From positions 1 to 35,976 of the forward strand of contig JAURNF010000012.1 in assembly GCA_030830285.1 (NCBI GenBank): a DNA stretch of 35,976 nucleotides. Direction: 5' to 3'. Origin of the DNA: Candidatus Kapaibacterium sp. (GTDB lineage: Bacteria; Bacteroidota; Ignavibacteria; Kapaibacteriales; Kapaibacteriaceae). This document shows positions 17,470 to 26,966 of the stretch, one piece after another (the stretch's first letter is position 1; each line of letters opens with the position of its first letter). The notes under the pieces were generated by a model that saw only the letters and a list, made by a program, of their open reading frames with translations, was not told the origin of the DNA and did no database searches. A program made the position numbers and the translations under genes.

Positions 17470-17777
17470 AGGCCGATAAGCTTTTCGACGAACTTCTTGC
17501 CCTGGCTAAGTCCCTCGGATATTCAGTCCGCCGCGAGTCGGGCACCTTCCGCGGTGGCGCATGCGTGGTCCACGAGCAACGCGTAATCCTGATCAACCGC
17601 TCAATGCCGATCGAGGCAGCTGCGGTGATTCTCGCGCGCGCACTCGCGCGCTTCGTCCCAGAAGATCAGTTCATGAAGCCAGCCGTGCGCGATATCATCG
17701 ATCGTGAGCAAGCATACCTTGCGGCACATCCTGATGTGACCTTCGCGCCCCAACAACAACCGGAAGAAGCCGCGTGA
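17466..17777 (+). CDS. Conserved hypothetical protein (ImmA/IrrE-like N-terminal pattern, no HExxH)
   Basis: 103 aa from ATG 17466 (MKADKLFDELL), with VRRESGTFRGGACVV...VILINRSMP. Coupled to both neighbours (ATGA, GTGA). Confidence 0.72.
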   Translation: MKADKLFDELLALAKSLGYSVRRESGTFRGGACVVHEQRVILINRSMPIEAAAVILARALARFVPEDQFMKPAVRDIIDREQAYLAAHPDVTFAPQQQPEEAA

Positions 17778-18664
17778 CGAAATGTGCAACGGTGGCCATC
17801 ATCGGACGTCCCAATGCGGGTAAGTCGACACTGCTGAATGCCATCCTTGGCATGCACCTAAGCATCGTTACGTCGAAACCGCAAACCACACGCAAGCGCG
17901 TTGTTGGAATTCATACTCAAGACGATACACAGCTGGTGTTTCTCGATACACCAGGGATGCTGGCGCCACGCTATTCGCTTCAGCGACACATGATGGGCTA
18001 CATCGACGAGTCGCTCGACGCAGCAGATGTTGTTGTTGTGGTGGTCGATGCATCAATGGCTGTCGAACGTGGCTCAGTGCTCGATCCATTGTGGGTGCCA
18101 CAACTGGAACGTCGTAAGCGTCCAACGATTCTGGTGCTCAACAAGATGGATGCACTGCCGGTACGCAAAGAGGCACTCCCACTGATGGAGCAAGCGCGCC
18201 TGAGCGGACTGTTTGTGAAGGCTATTGCGATTAGCGCAAAGGACAACACCTACGTCGAGGATCTGGTTGCGATGATCTGCGAGCTCGCACCAGAAGCCCC
18301 CTTCATCTATCCCGACGATGTTGTATCAGATCAACCAGAACGCTTCTTCGTTGCCGAGTTCATCCGCGAAGCTATCTTCGCCAAGTTCGCCGAAGAAGTC
18401 CCGTACGCCACCGAGGTGATGATCACCGAGTTCAAGGAGCGTGAAGGGGGCAAGTGGTACATCGCTGCAGACATCATCGTTGAACGCGATAACCAGAAGG
18501 CAATCCTCATCGGCGCAAAGGGGTCGGCACTGAAGCAGGTCGGCGAAATTGCACGAGCAACCATCGAAGAACACCTCGGACAGCCAATCTTTTTGGAGTT
18601 GTACGTCAAGGTTCGCAACGACTGGCGCAACGATCGCGCCCAGTTGCTCTCGATGGGATATTAA
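17774..18664 (+). CDS. era: GTPase Era
   Basis: GRPNAGKSTLLN, KPQTTR, DTPG, NKMD, ISAK and KH domain (EEVPY..QKAILIGAKG). Confidence 0.97.
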   Translation: MTKCATVAIIGRPNAGKSTLLNAILGMHLSIVTSKPQTTRKRVVGIHTQDDTQLVFLDTPGMLAPRYSLQRHMMGYIDESLDAADVVVVVVDASMAVERGSVLDPLWVPQLERRKRPTILVLNKMDALPVRKEALPLMEQARLSGLFVKAIAISAKDNTYVEDLVAMICELAPEAPFIYPDDVVSDQPERFFVAEFIREAIFAKFAEEVPYATEVMITEFKEREGGKWYIAADIIVERDNQKAILIGAKGSALKQVGEIARATIEEHLGQPIFLELYVKVRNDWRNDRAQLLSMGY

Positions 18665-18669
18665 CTTTG
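18662..18669 (+). promoter_or_regulatory. -7 promoter box TAACTTTG for bamD, sharing the era stop codon
   Basis: Exact TAnnTTTG whose TAA is the era stop. Ends 5 nt before ATG 18675. Confidence 0.65.
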
Positions 18670-18674
18670 CGCAC

Positions 18675-19430
18675 ATGAATCGACTTCGCATTAGCACATT
18701 CATCGCCATTGCAGCTGCACTGCAGCTCATCGTTGCGTGCTCATCCTCCAACTCGGTAACCAAACAGAAAACGGTTGACGATGTCTTCGGTGAAGCAAAG
18801 AAGGCCTACGACAACGGCGAATGGCTCGAAGCACAGTCGAAGTTTGAAGTCATCAAGCTGCAATACCCAGCATCACAGTACGCCGATGATGCACAGTACT
18901 ACCTGGCCGAGATCAACTTCGAGCGCGGTGAGTACATCATGGCGGCATTCAACTACAACTTGATGCGACGTTCCTATCCGTCCAGCGAATTCGTCCAACG
19001 CGCGATGTTTAAGACGGGTCTGTGCTACGATAAGATTTCACTTCCGGCCGACCGCGATCAAGAGAATACGATTAAAGCAATTCAAGCGTACTCCGAGTTT
19101 CAGACGATGTACGGACGCGACTCGCTGGCACGCGAAGCGGCTGTCCGCATCCATGAACTGCGCAATCGTCTCGCCGAAAAGTACTGGCTCATCACCGAGC
19201 ACTACATGAACACGAAGATCCGCCGCGCAGCCTTGATCCATCTCGATGCGATCATTGATGAATACGCGGATACAAAGTGGCTGGAGCCAGCACTGGTGCT
19301 GAAGCTTCGGATTCTGATCGACCAAGAGAAAACTGACGACGCACGTGCCGCACTAGCAACGTATCGACGGTTAGTGCGCGACCCACAAATGAGCGATGAA
19401 GTTGCAACGCTCGAGAAAGAACTCCCATGA
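18675..19430 (+). CDS. bamD: Outer membrane protein assembly factor BamD
   Basis: Lipoprotein signal (LIVAC-SSS), TPR repeats (YPASQYADDAQYYLA; YPSSEF), DRDQENT.KAI and LAEK.W.I..HY. Start at ATG 18675. Confidence 0.92.
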   Translation: MNRLRISTFIAIAAALQLIVACSSSNSVTKQKTVDDVFGEAKKAYDNGEWLEAQSKFEVIKLQYPASQYADDAQYYLAEINFERGEYIMAAFNYNLMRRSYPSSEFVQRAMFKTGLCYDKISLPADRDQENTIKAIQAYSEFQTMYGRDSLAREAAVRIHELRNRLAEKYWLITEHYMNTKIRRAALIHLDAIIDEYADTKWLEPALVLKLRILIDQEKTDDARAALATYRRLVRDPQMSDEVATLEKELP

Positions 19431-19906
19431 AGACTCCATCACAAAGTCTTGTCGTGATGACAGAGCTTGTGCTCCCAAACGACACGAACTACCTCGGCAA
19501 TCTCCTGGGTGGACGTCTGATGCACTGGATCGACATCGCCGCTGCACTTAGCGCACAACGTCACTCAGGCAAGGTCTGCGTTACTGCATCCGTCGATGAA
19601 ATCAGCTTCAACGAGCCAATCAAGCTCGGACACGTCGTGCATATTCGCTCACTGCTCACACGTGCATTCAAGACATCGATGGAAGTGTATGTGGAAGTGT
19701 GGCGTGAAGATCCACTCAACGGCACACAAACACGCACGTCGGAAGCATTCCTTACGTTTGTGGCCATTGATCAATACGGCAAGCCGCTTCCTGCACCACC
19801 ACTGGAGCCGGAAACCGAAGACGAACGCCACCGCTACGACGATGCAGCAATGCGTCGCGAGAATCGCCTGAAGGCACGCGAGACGATGAAGGTTCGTCGG
19901 GGATGA
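19427..19906 (+). CDS. Acyl-CoA thioesterase (hotdog fold, YciA-like)
   Basis: LVLPNDTN.LGNLLGGRLMHWID, VTASVD.ISF, TSMEV and AFLTFVAID. Confidence 0.93.
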   Translation: MKTPSQSLVVMTELVLPNDTNYLGNLLGGRLMHWIDIAAALSAQRHSGKVCVTASVDEISFNEPIKLGHVVHIRSLLTRAFKTSMEVYVEVWREDPLNGTQTRTSEAFLTFVAIDQYGKPLPAPPLEPETEDERHRYDDAAMRRENRLKARETMKVRRG

Positions 19907-21186
19907 TGCGCCTCGCCGCTGTGCTGTTGATGCTCGTCACATATGCGGCAACCGCAGCTGACGACGCACCACGCATTCGGATGATTCGCGCCTACGGCGG
20001 TACAAACGAGCGTCTCCCACCAATCGTAATGCTCAACGCGTCTGGCGATGCATCGCTGGGTAGCCCCTTTGCAACGATTGAGTTTGATGTTGCTTCGTTA
20101 GCAATCCCCAATGTCTATGCTCGACTCACACACTGTCGGGCCGATTGGACGCCGGATGAGAACGGGTTTCTGACTGATGTGACACTCCGCACGAGCTTGG
20201 TCGATTGGGCTCTAGCCCCAGAACGATCACGCTACTATCGCTATCGCGGATCGATGCAAATCCCGAACGCACAAACAACGTTGCGGTTCAGTGGTAATTG
20301 GTTGGTCACAGTGCACGACGCGCAAACAGATGCGAAGCTCGCCGAGACACGCATCTTCGTGGTCGATCAGCGCGCGTCAATGGCCTTGAACTTCATGACG
20401 GATTTCTACGAGCCCCGTAAGCGCGTGAGCTCGATTGCATATACGATCGAGGCGCTGCTGCGCGACCCAACCAATGCGCTGCTGTCGAACAACCTGCATA
20501 CGGTGACGTTCTATCGCAATCATCGCTGGGCAGAACCGATGTTGGTGTCGCAACAGGCCGATGCAACAATGATGTTGCGCACCGACGGACAGAACGCAGT
20601 GGTCGGCATGCTGCAAGCAGGCAAGGTGTTTCGTCTTGCACGCATCCCAGCTCAGAACGAATACCGCGTGTTGGACCTCACGGATCTGAGTCGCTACCCG
20701 TCAACGGGCGAGCCGGTGCGAATGCCGCTGAGCGACCTGCGTCGCAATGGCATGTTCCTGGAGCGAGCAGACGATGGCGCGATGATTACGCGCGGCCTCG
20801 CAACGCGTGATGATGAATACATCCCTGTCGAGATCCTCCTCGATCCGGCACCGGGCGGACCAAGCGAGGATGATGTTGTTGTGGTGGGTTCGTTCAATCA
20901 GTGGAAGCCGGACCGGTCGTGGTTGATGTACTACGACGAAGACATCCGCCTGTATCGTTGTCGCAACTGGATCCGACGTGGACGTCACAACTATCTGTAC
21001 GCGACTGGCCGCCTCGACGCGGACACGGAACAGATCACGGATATCTCGTACGAAGAATTCGAAGGCAACACGGCATCGGCATCGAACAGCTTTGTTGCAT
21101 TCGCTTACTACCGCGAACTCGACTATGGTGGCTATGATGGTATTGTAGCCGTGGCTGCATCGAACATGTACGCCGGCGGACGGTAA
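19903..21186 (+). CDS. DUF5103-type protein, T9SS plug-like, with a C-terminal CBM48-like domain
   Basis: Signal peptide, IEFD..HCRADWTP, Y..Y...IPN....FSGNW, NEYRVLD, ADDGA, VVVVGSFNQW..GRHNYLY and EGN..N....F.YYR..GGYD.IV resemble the DUF5103/plug family from recall. Confidence 0.7.
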   Translation: MMRLAAVLLMLVTYAATAADDAPRIRMIRAYGGTNERLPPIVMLNASGDASLGSPFATIEFDVASLAIPNVYARLTHCRADWTPDENGFLTDVTLRTSLVDWALAPERSRYYRYRGSMQIPNAQTTLRFSGNWLVTVHDAQTDAKLAETRIFVVDQRASMALNFMTDFYEPRKRVSSIAYTIEALLRDPTNALLSNNLHTVTFYRNHRWAEPMLVSQQADATMMLRTDGQNAVVGMLQAGKVFRLARIPAQNEYRVLDLTDLSRYPSTGEPVRMPLSDLRRNGMFLERADDGAMITRGLATRDDEYIPVEILLDPAPGGPSEDDVVVVGSFNQWKPDRSWLMYYDEDIRLYRCRNWIRRGRHNYLYATGRLDADTEQITDISYEEFEGNTASASNSFVAFAYYRELDYGGYDGIVAVAASNMYAGGR

Positions 21187-21192
21187 GGTCTG

Positions 21193-21200
21193 TATCTTCG
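21193..21200 (+). promoter_or_regulatory. -7 promoter box variant TATCTTCG for ruvB
   Basis: TAnnTTYG ending 4 nt before ATG 21205 in an 18-bp gap. Confidence 0.7.
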
Positions 21201-21204
21201 CGGC

Positions 21205-22242
21205 ATGGCTCGCTCGAATGAACATACAGATCCGCAGCACCGCAGCGACGAAGACGTCGAATCAGCGCTGCGTCCTCAAGCCTTTGATGACTTCACGGGC
21301 CAGCCGAAGATTGTCGAGAACCTGCGCATTTTCATTGCTGCTGCACGCGGTCGTGGCGAGCCACTGGACCACGTGCTGTTGACTGGTCCGCCTGGCCTCG
21401 GCAAGACGACCCTGTCGCATATCATCGCACGCGAAATGCAGGCACAGATCAAGATCACGTCGGGTCCGGTGCTGGAAAAGCCCGGCGATCTCGCAGGTCT
21501 GCTCACGAGCCTCGATGAAGGCGACATTCTCTTCATTGACGAAATTCATCGCTTGTCGCCCGTGGTTGAAGAGTACTTGTACTCTGCCATGGAAGACTTC
21601 CGTCTCGACATCATGATCGACTCGGGTCCGGCCGCACGCTCGATTCAACTTGCCGTGCCACGCTTCACCCTTGTTGGTGCAACCACACGTCAGGGTCTGC
21701 TCACCGCACCACTACGCTCGCGCTTTGGCATCACGAACCGACTCGACTACTACGATGCTGCTGAGCTTACGCGCGTGATCACACGCAGCGCTGGTCTGCT
21801 CGGTGCCGCAATCGAACCCGCAGGCGCTGAAGAACTCGCACGCCGCGCACGCGGCACCCCGCGCATCGCAAACCGTCTGCTGCGTCGCACACGCGACTTC
21901 GCAGATGTGCGCGGCAGCGGCGTGATCACGCTCGACATCGCACGTATGGCACTTACAGCGCTCGACGTCGATGAGTTCGGACTCGACGAAATGGATACAC
22001 GGATCATTCTTGCGTTGATCGAGAAGTTCTCCGGCGGACCAGTTGGTGTAACAACACTTGCTGTGGCCGTAGGTGAAGAAGCCGGCACACTCGAAGAAGT
22101 GTACGAGCCGTTCTTGATTCAGCAAGGCTTCCTTCAGCGAACCCCACGCGGACGTATCGCCACACCGCTCGCGTATCGACATGTTGGCATCACCATTCCT
22201 TCATCACACCCTACTTTGTTCTCAGGAGATTCACCACCATGA
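21205..22242 (+). CDS. ruvB: Holliday junction branch migration helicase RuvB
   Basis: [49 protein letters not shown] and [17 protein letters not shown]. Confidence 0.98.
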   Translation: MARSNEHTDPQHRSDEDVESALRPQAFDDFTGQPKIVENLRIFIAAARGRGEPLDHVLLTGPPGLGKTTLSHIIAREMQAQIKITSGPVLEKPGDLAGLLTSLDEGDILFIDEIHRLSPVVEEYLYSAMEDFRLDIMIDSGPAARSIQLAVPRFTLVGATTRQGLLTAPLRSRFGITNRLDYYDAAELTRVITRSAGLLGAAIEPAGAEELARRARGTPRIANRLLRRTRDFADVRGSGVITLDIARMALTALDVDEFGLDEMDTRIILALIEKFSGGPVGVTTLAVAVGEEAGTLEEVYEPFLIQQGFLQRTPRGRIATPLAYRHVGITIPSSHPTLFSGDSPP

Positions 22243-23081
22243 TCTTGCGAACACTCGTTGTGCTTCTGTGGAGCAGTGCGCTGCTCACCGCAGCACCTCA
22301 AGCTGACTCAACATTTTCTGATTCGACACTCGCCGAACGTCCACCCGCAGAACGCGCTGCATCCATCATCGGACAGCACACGCGCCTGGTAATGAGCTCG
22401 AAGGATCTCCTTCAGTCAATGGCCTGGTGGACACGCATGGGATTCACACCGCGCAAACTCGCAGGCGAACGCGCAGACTCTGCGATAACGCTCAGCGACG
22501 GACAGGTGACGATTACCCTCGTGAGTGCCTCGCAGCCCTCTCCGATCATCGCCTATCGGTGCGCAAACTTGAGTCGACTCAAGGAACAACTCGACTCGCT
22601 CCTCATCGGCGTCAACGTCGATCTGCAGGGTCCAACCTACCGCGAACTACGTTTCCGCTCCCCCGGCGGCGTGCACGTAGCAGCACGCCTGGCAGCGATC
22701 GAACCCGACATCGCACCAACAAAGGAACCCAACCCCCTCTGCGGCGAACTCAAAGAGTACAGCACCAGCGTTGCATCGGTCACGCAGGAGAAGCAGTGGT
22801 GGGCCGACCTTGGATTTGCTCCAACAAAGCAGGCAACAAAGCCGTATCCCTTCGTCAACATGGCCGACAAGGCATGCGAGATTGGCATCCATCAAGATCG
22901 CGACATCGCCAACATGGCGCTCACGTACTTCATGCCTGACATGGAAGTGCGCATCGAGCGATTGAAGAATGCCGGCATGAAGCCAATCGAAGAGATTCCA
23001 ACGTCCGACAAGCGCATCGCAAACGCGATCTTTCAATCGCCGGATGGACAATTGGTGTTCCTCTTCGAGACTCCGAAGTAA
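22239..23081 (+). CDS. Exported VOC/glyoxalase-like protein
   Basis: Signal peptide and two repeated modules ([20 protein letters not shown]; [24 protein letters not shown]) typical of VOC folds. AGGAG upstream and ATGA coupling to ruvB. Confidence 0.7.
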   Translation: MILRTLVVLLWSSALLTAAPQADSTFSDSTLAERPPAERAASIIGQHTRLVMSSKDLLQSMAWWTRMGFTPRKLAGERADSAITLSDGQVTITLVSASQPSPIIAYRCANLSRLKEQLDSLLIGVNVDLQGPTYRELRFRSPGGVHVAARLAAIEPDIAPTKEPNPLCGELKEYSTSVASVTQEKQWWADLGFAPTKQATKPYPFVNMADKACEIGIHQDRDIANMALTYFMPDMEVRIERLKNAGMKPIEEIPTSDKRIANAIFQSPDGQLVFLFETPK

Positions 23082-23087
23082 GGTTTC

Positions 23088-23095
23088 TATCTTTG
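23088..23095 (+). promoter_or_regulatory. -7 promoter box TATCTTTG for proS
   Basis: Exact TAnnTTTG ending 4 nt before ATG 23100. Confidence 0.72.
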
Positions 23096-23099
23096 CTTC

Positions 23100-24566
23100 A
23101 TGAGCAAAGACATTACCTCTCGCGCCGACGATTATTCACAATGGTACATCGACCTCGTTCGTAAGGCGGGGCTCGCAGATTATTCAGCTGTAAAAGGCTG
23201 CATGGTGATCAAACCCTATGGCTTCGCCATCTGGGAGAACATGCGCGATACACTCGATCGCATGTTCAAGGACACCGGCCATGTGAACGCCTACTTCCCG
23301 CTCTTCATTCCGAAGAGTTTCCTCAGCAAGGAAGCAGCACACGTCGAAGGCTTCGCAAAGGAATGCGCCGTCGTCACACACTACCGTCTGAAGAACGCCG
23401 AAGACGGTTCAGGCGTCGTGGTTGACCCAGACGCAAAGCTCGAAGAAGAACTCATCGTTCGTCCGACATCCGAAACGATCATCTGGAACACCTACCGCGA
23501 TTGGATCGATTCGTATCGCGACCTTCCCCTGCTGATCAATCAATGGGCAAACGTTGTGCGCTGGGAAATGCGCACACGCCTGTTCCTGCGCACAGCAGAA
23601 TTCCTCTGGCAGGAAGGTCACACCGCACACGCAACACGCGACGAGGCAATCGAAGAAACACGGAAGATGCTCGACGTGTACGCGACGTTCGCCGAAGAAT
23701 GGATGGCCATGCCAGTTGTGAAGGGCGTCAAGACAGCCAACGAGCGCTTCGCTGGCGCGGAAGACACCTACTGCATCGAAGCACTGATGCAGGATGGCAA
23801 GGCGCTGCAAGCTGGAACATCGCACTTCCTCGGACAGAACTTCGCTAAGGCATTTGATGTGCAGTTCAACACCAAGGACAACACACGCGAGTATGTGTGG
23901 GCCACGTCATGGGGCGTGTCAACACGCTTAATGGGTGCGCTCGTGATGGCACACTCTGATGACGATGGTCTGATGATTCCACCACGTCTTGCTCCAACGC
24001 AAGTGGTGATTGTTCCGATTCCAAAGCCAACACCTGAACTCCTCGAGCGCGCCAACGCAATCGCAGCCGATCTGCGCAGCAAGGGCGTGCGCGTAAAGGT
24101 CGACACCGACGATCAGAACCGTCCTGGCTACAAGTTTGCTGAATACGAGAAGCTCGGCATCCCAGTGCGACTCGGCCTAGGTGCACGCGATCTTGAAAAC
24201 GGCACCATCGAAGTTGCACGTCGCGACACAAAAGAGAAGTCAAGCGTCGAACTCACGTCACTCACATCACACGTGGTCGATCTGCTTGATGCGATTCAAG
24301 CCAACATGTTCGAACGTGCTCGCGCCTATCGCGATTCGCACATCACACCTGTCGACACCTGGGATGAATTTGTCCGCTTGCTTGACGAGAAAGGGGGCTT
24401 CCTCAGCGCCCATTGGGACGGCACTGGCGAAACAGAAGAGCTCATCAAGACAGAGACAAAGGCAACCATTCGCTGCATCCCGCTCAACAACCCTCAGGAA
24501 GCAGGCACGTGCATCAAGACCGGAAAGCCAAGCACTCAGCGCGTGCTGTTTGCACGAGCGTATTAA
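23100..24566 (+). CDS. proS: Proline--tRNA ligase (archaeal/eukaryote-like type)
   Basis: [73 protein letters not shown] and C-terminal FARAY. Confidence 0.98.
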   Translation: MSKDITSRADDYSQWYIDLVRKAGLADYSAVKGCMVIKPYGFAIWENMRDTLDRMFKDTGHVNAYFPLFIPKSFLSKEAAHVEGFAKECAVVTHYRLKNAEDGSGVVVDPDAKLEEELIVRPTSETIIWNTYRDWIDSYRDLPLLINQWANVVRWEMRTRLFLRTAEFLWQEGHTAHATRDEAIEETRKMLDVYATFAEEWMAMPVVKGVKTANERFAGAEDTYCIEALMQDGKALQAGTSHFLGQNFAKAFDVQFNTKDNTREYVWATSWGVSTRLMGALVMAHSDDDGLMIPPRLAPTQVVIVPIPKPTPELLERANAIAADLRSKGVRVKVDTDDQNRPGYKFAEYEKLGIPVRLGLGARDLENGTIEVARRDTKEKSSVELTSLTSHVVDLLDAIQANMFERARAYRDSHITPVDTWDEFVRLLDEKGGFLSAHWDGTGETEELIKTETKATIRCIPLNNPQEAGTCIKTGKPSTQRVLFARAY

Positions 24567-24633
24567 GACGGTTGAGACGGTTGAGACAGATGTCTCACCG
24601 TCTCACCGTCTCAATAGTCTCAATAGTCTCAAT
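24566..24633. repeat. GAGAC/GTCTC tandem plus inverted repeat array
   Basis: (a)agacggtt gagacggtt gagac AGAT gtctcacc gtctcacc gtctcaata gtctcaata gtctcaat. Three forward units (first imperfect) face five reverse units at 8-9 nt period. Confidence 0.9.
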
Positions 24634-25504
24634 CGCTGGCTGTGCCTCCATCCCTCCCTTACCATCGACAACGATCGTGTTGGCGGAGTTCGATGCGTCG
24701 CGTGGAGCGATTACATCTGTCGCTGAGATAACACCTCACGCTGGGTACAACAACCAGCCAGCGTTTTCGCTGGATGGATCGCACGTGTACTACGTTGATG
24801 ATGTCAACGGCGGCACGGACATCGTGCGATACGATCGTGCGTCGGGTGTGCGTACGCGGCTAACGAATACGTCGGAGGCGGAGTTCTCGCCTACGCCGAT
24901 GTCTGACCGACGGAGTTTGTCTGTCGTGCGCGTGGCGCGTCCAACGGCATCGGGAGAAGACTACACAGAGTCGCAGCAGCTGTGGCGGTACGACAGCACC
25001 GGACGTGCCATTGCGCCGATCATCGGCATGCGTCGCATCGGCTATCACTGCTGGATGAGCGATGCAATCGTTGCAGTGTTTGTTGTGGGCAATGAAGAGC
25101 GCGGCGAACCACACACACTCCGCGTGGTTGAACTCACATCACGTCAGTCGGTGACCGTCGCACGATCCATTGGCCGAACGATTCGAATGTCGCCACAACA
25201 ACGCCTCACGTACGTTGACAAATCTGACTCCACACGATGGGTCTTGATGTCGATCAAGGTTGGCGACGAACACGGCACGCCAATCCTTCCAATGCCGCGT
25301 GGGTCGGAAGACTTCGCATGGCTCGCAGATGGTCGTGTGCTAATCAGCACAGCCGACGGTCTCGTGCTCGCAACACAGACTGGCAGCGCGTGGGCATTCG
25401 CGCCCGTGTCGGGAGCACTTCCACTGCGCGGACGTATCGGACGCATTACGGTGAGTCCGGACGAACGCACGATTGCCATGGTGATCACACGTGAAACACG
25501 CTAG
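24590..25504 (+). CDS. TolB-like/PD40 beta-propeller lipoprotein
   Basis: ATG 24590 gives MSHRLTVSIVSIVSIAG-C (lipobox), followed by GYNNQPAFSLDG, TDIVRYD, RLTNTSEAEFSPTP, QQLWRY and ITVSPDERTIA. Confidence 0.8.
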   Translation: MSHRLTVSIVSIVSIAGCASIPPLPSTTIVLAEFDASRGAITSVAEITPHAGYNNQPAFSLDGSHVYYVDDVNGGTDIVRYDRASGVRTRLTNTSEAEFSPTPMSDRRSLSVVRVARPTASGEDYTESQQLWRYDSTGRAIAPIIGMRRIGYHCWMSDAIVAVFVVGNEERGEPHTLRVVELTSRQSVTVARSIGRTIRMSPQQRLTYVDKSDSTRWVLMSIKVGDEHGTPILPMPRGSEDFAWLADGRVLISTADGLVLATQTGSAWAFAPVSGALPLRGRIGRITVSPDERTIAMVITRETR

Positions 25505-26618
25505 AACGTTCCACTGGTTTATTGCACTTGTCGTCATGTTGCTGAGCGCACCATCGATCTTTGCGCGCGATAGTACCGTCGTGACAGTACATGCGCTGCT
25601 TGATGCGGCGTATTCATCGTCGTTCAACGCACCACCAAACCACCAGCGTGCGTTCACACTTCAGCCATCACGGAACAATCAACTCGGCCTCATGCAGGGC
25701 ATCGCAGGCGTTGAGCTGCGCAACACACACGTGCGCGGGAAGTTCGCTGTGCAAAGCGGTTGGTTTGCCGATGTACTCTGGACAGGCGCGGATACAGCTG
25801 TTCGTTGGCTGAGCGAGGCATGGGCCGGCGTTCGGCTTACCGAGGGCATATGGCTCGATGCCGGCGTATACCCATCGCACATTGGCGCGGAGTCGATGAT
25901 CGCGCGCGACAACCTTGTGCTGTCGCGACTCTACGCGTCTGATGCTACGCCGTATGTCGAAACCGGCGCATCGCTCACGTGGGAAGAATCTGCGTCAACA
26001 ACGATCGCACTCCATGTGCTTAACGGATGGCAACGCATCACCGACAACAACGATGGCATCGCCGTCGGCACACGCATCACACACCGTCCAACAGACAATC
26101 TCGCCGTTACCTGGAGCACCTTTGTTGGTGATGAACAGCCCCGTGGACAAGAGCAGCAGATGCGGTGTTACAGCAACCTTTGGATGAGCTGGACGATTGC
26201 TACGAACACAACGCTCGTCGCCGTGGCCGACGTTGGAGCACAAGAACGCACGTTGAACGGCTATGACGTGGTGTGGTATCTCGGAGCGATTGCGGCATAT
26301 CGCATATCACCTGCGATGCAATTGGCAGCACGCATCGAGCACATGAACGACCAACGGAACGTCCTGTTCACGTCTGCCTCCAACCAACCGTTCGTCTCAA
26401 CCTCTGCATCGGCGAACATTGACGTACGCATCGGCGACAATCTGCTGCTGCGTGGCGAGGGGCGGATACTGCAAGCCCCATACGCAATGTTTCCATCACG
26501 TACGGGGCTTCGCATGAACGATGTCTTCGTAACGCTGTCTGCGTCGTATGCGTTTCAGCTACCGATTCTTACTCAGTATACAGCGTCGAGTTATCAACGT
26601 AGATCAAGTAATCCTTGA
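25491..26618 (+). CDS. Putative outer-membrane beta-barrel porin (OmpL-like/BBP2 type)
   Basis: Signal peptide, LSEAWAGV, WLDAGVYPSHIGAES....DN, TPYVETG, LNGWQ and AARIEH. Last strand LSASYAF is followed by a 20-aa tail. Confidence 0.78.
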   Translation: MKHARTFHWFIALVVMLLSAPSIFARDSTVVTVHALLDAAYSSSFNAPPNHQRAFTLQPSRNNQLGLMQGIAGVELRNTHVRGKFAVQSGWFADVLWTGADTAVRWLSEAWAGVRLTEGIWLDAGVYPSHIGAESMIARDNLVLSRLYASDATPYVETGASLTWEESASTTIALHVLNGWQRITDNNDGIAVGTRITHRPTDNLAVTWSTFVGDEQPRGQEQQMRCYSNLWMSWTIATNTTLVAVADVGAQERTLNGYDVVWYLGAIAAYRISPAMQLAARIEHMNDQRNVLFTSASNQPFVSTSASANIDVRIGDNLLLRGEGRILQAPYAMFPSRTGLRMNDVFVTLSASYAFQLPILTQYTASSYQRRSSNP

Positions 26619-26928
26619 TCTTACCGTCGACCATGTTGAACACGTTTGCGAACGGGACGCTGAGTGTTGAGCCGCTGTGACGTGTGTATGTCACGGTGCC
26701 TTCCGTGAGTACAAATCCGTCGCCTTCACGCACAACGAGGTCAGAGTGCTTGATTGCGGCGATGCTCTGGAACCATCCCTCGAGGAAGTTCACGATGGTG
26801 TCCTTGCCAACTACCGCTGGGTGGTTCGCAAAACGGAACTGTGCGTCGTCAGTCAGGAACGTTCCAAAGAGAACGTGATCCTTGGCATCGATGCCATTGA
26901 ACAGGACGCTGAAATCTGGGTTAGGCAT
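26569..26928 (-). CDS. SnoaL-like/NTF2 family protein
   Basis: FNGIDAKD...FLTDDAQFRFANHPAVVG..I, EGTVTYTRHSG.TLSVPFANVF and GKIKDYLIYVD. Start at ATG 26928 (alternative ATG 26958). Confidence 0.88.
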   Translation of the reverse strand: MPNPDFSVLFNGIDAKDHVLFGTFLTDDAQFRFANHPAVVGKDTIVNFLEGWFQSIAAIKHSDLVVREGDGFVLTEGTVTYTRHSGSTLSVPFANVFNMVDGKIKDYLIYVDNSTLYTE

Positions 26929-26966
26929 GTCAATTCTCAGATAAAAGTGGGAAAGCATCAAGAACA

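Noticed and set aside
23064-23067. TTCG 20 nt upstream of the proS -7 box as a -33 element
   Set aside because: Not reproduced at equivalent positions for lepA or ruvB, so a -33 consensus cannot be supported.
24413-24589. ORF-track start for the TolB-like protein inside proS
   Set aside because: Overlaps 150 nt of proS out of frame. ATG 24590 gives a proper lipoprotein signal.
24566-24633. Repeat array as a CRISPR array or intrinsic terminator
   Set aside because: The units are 8-9 nt with no spacers or cas genes, and no U-tract follows the hairpin on the proS strand.
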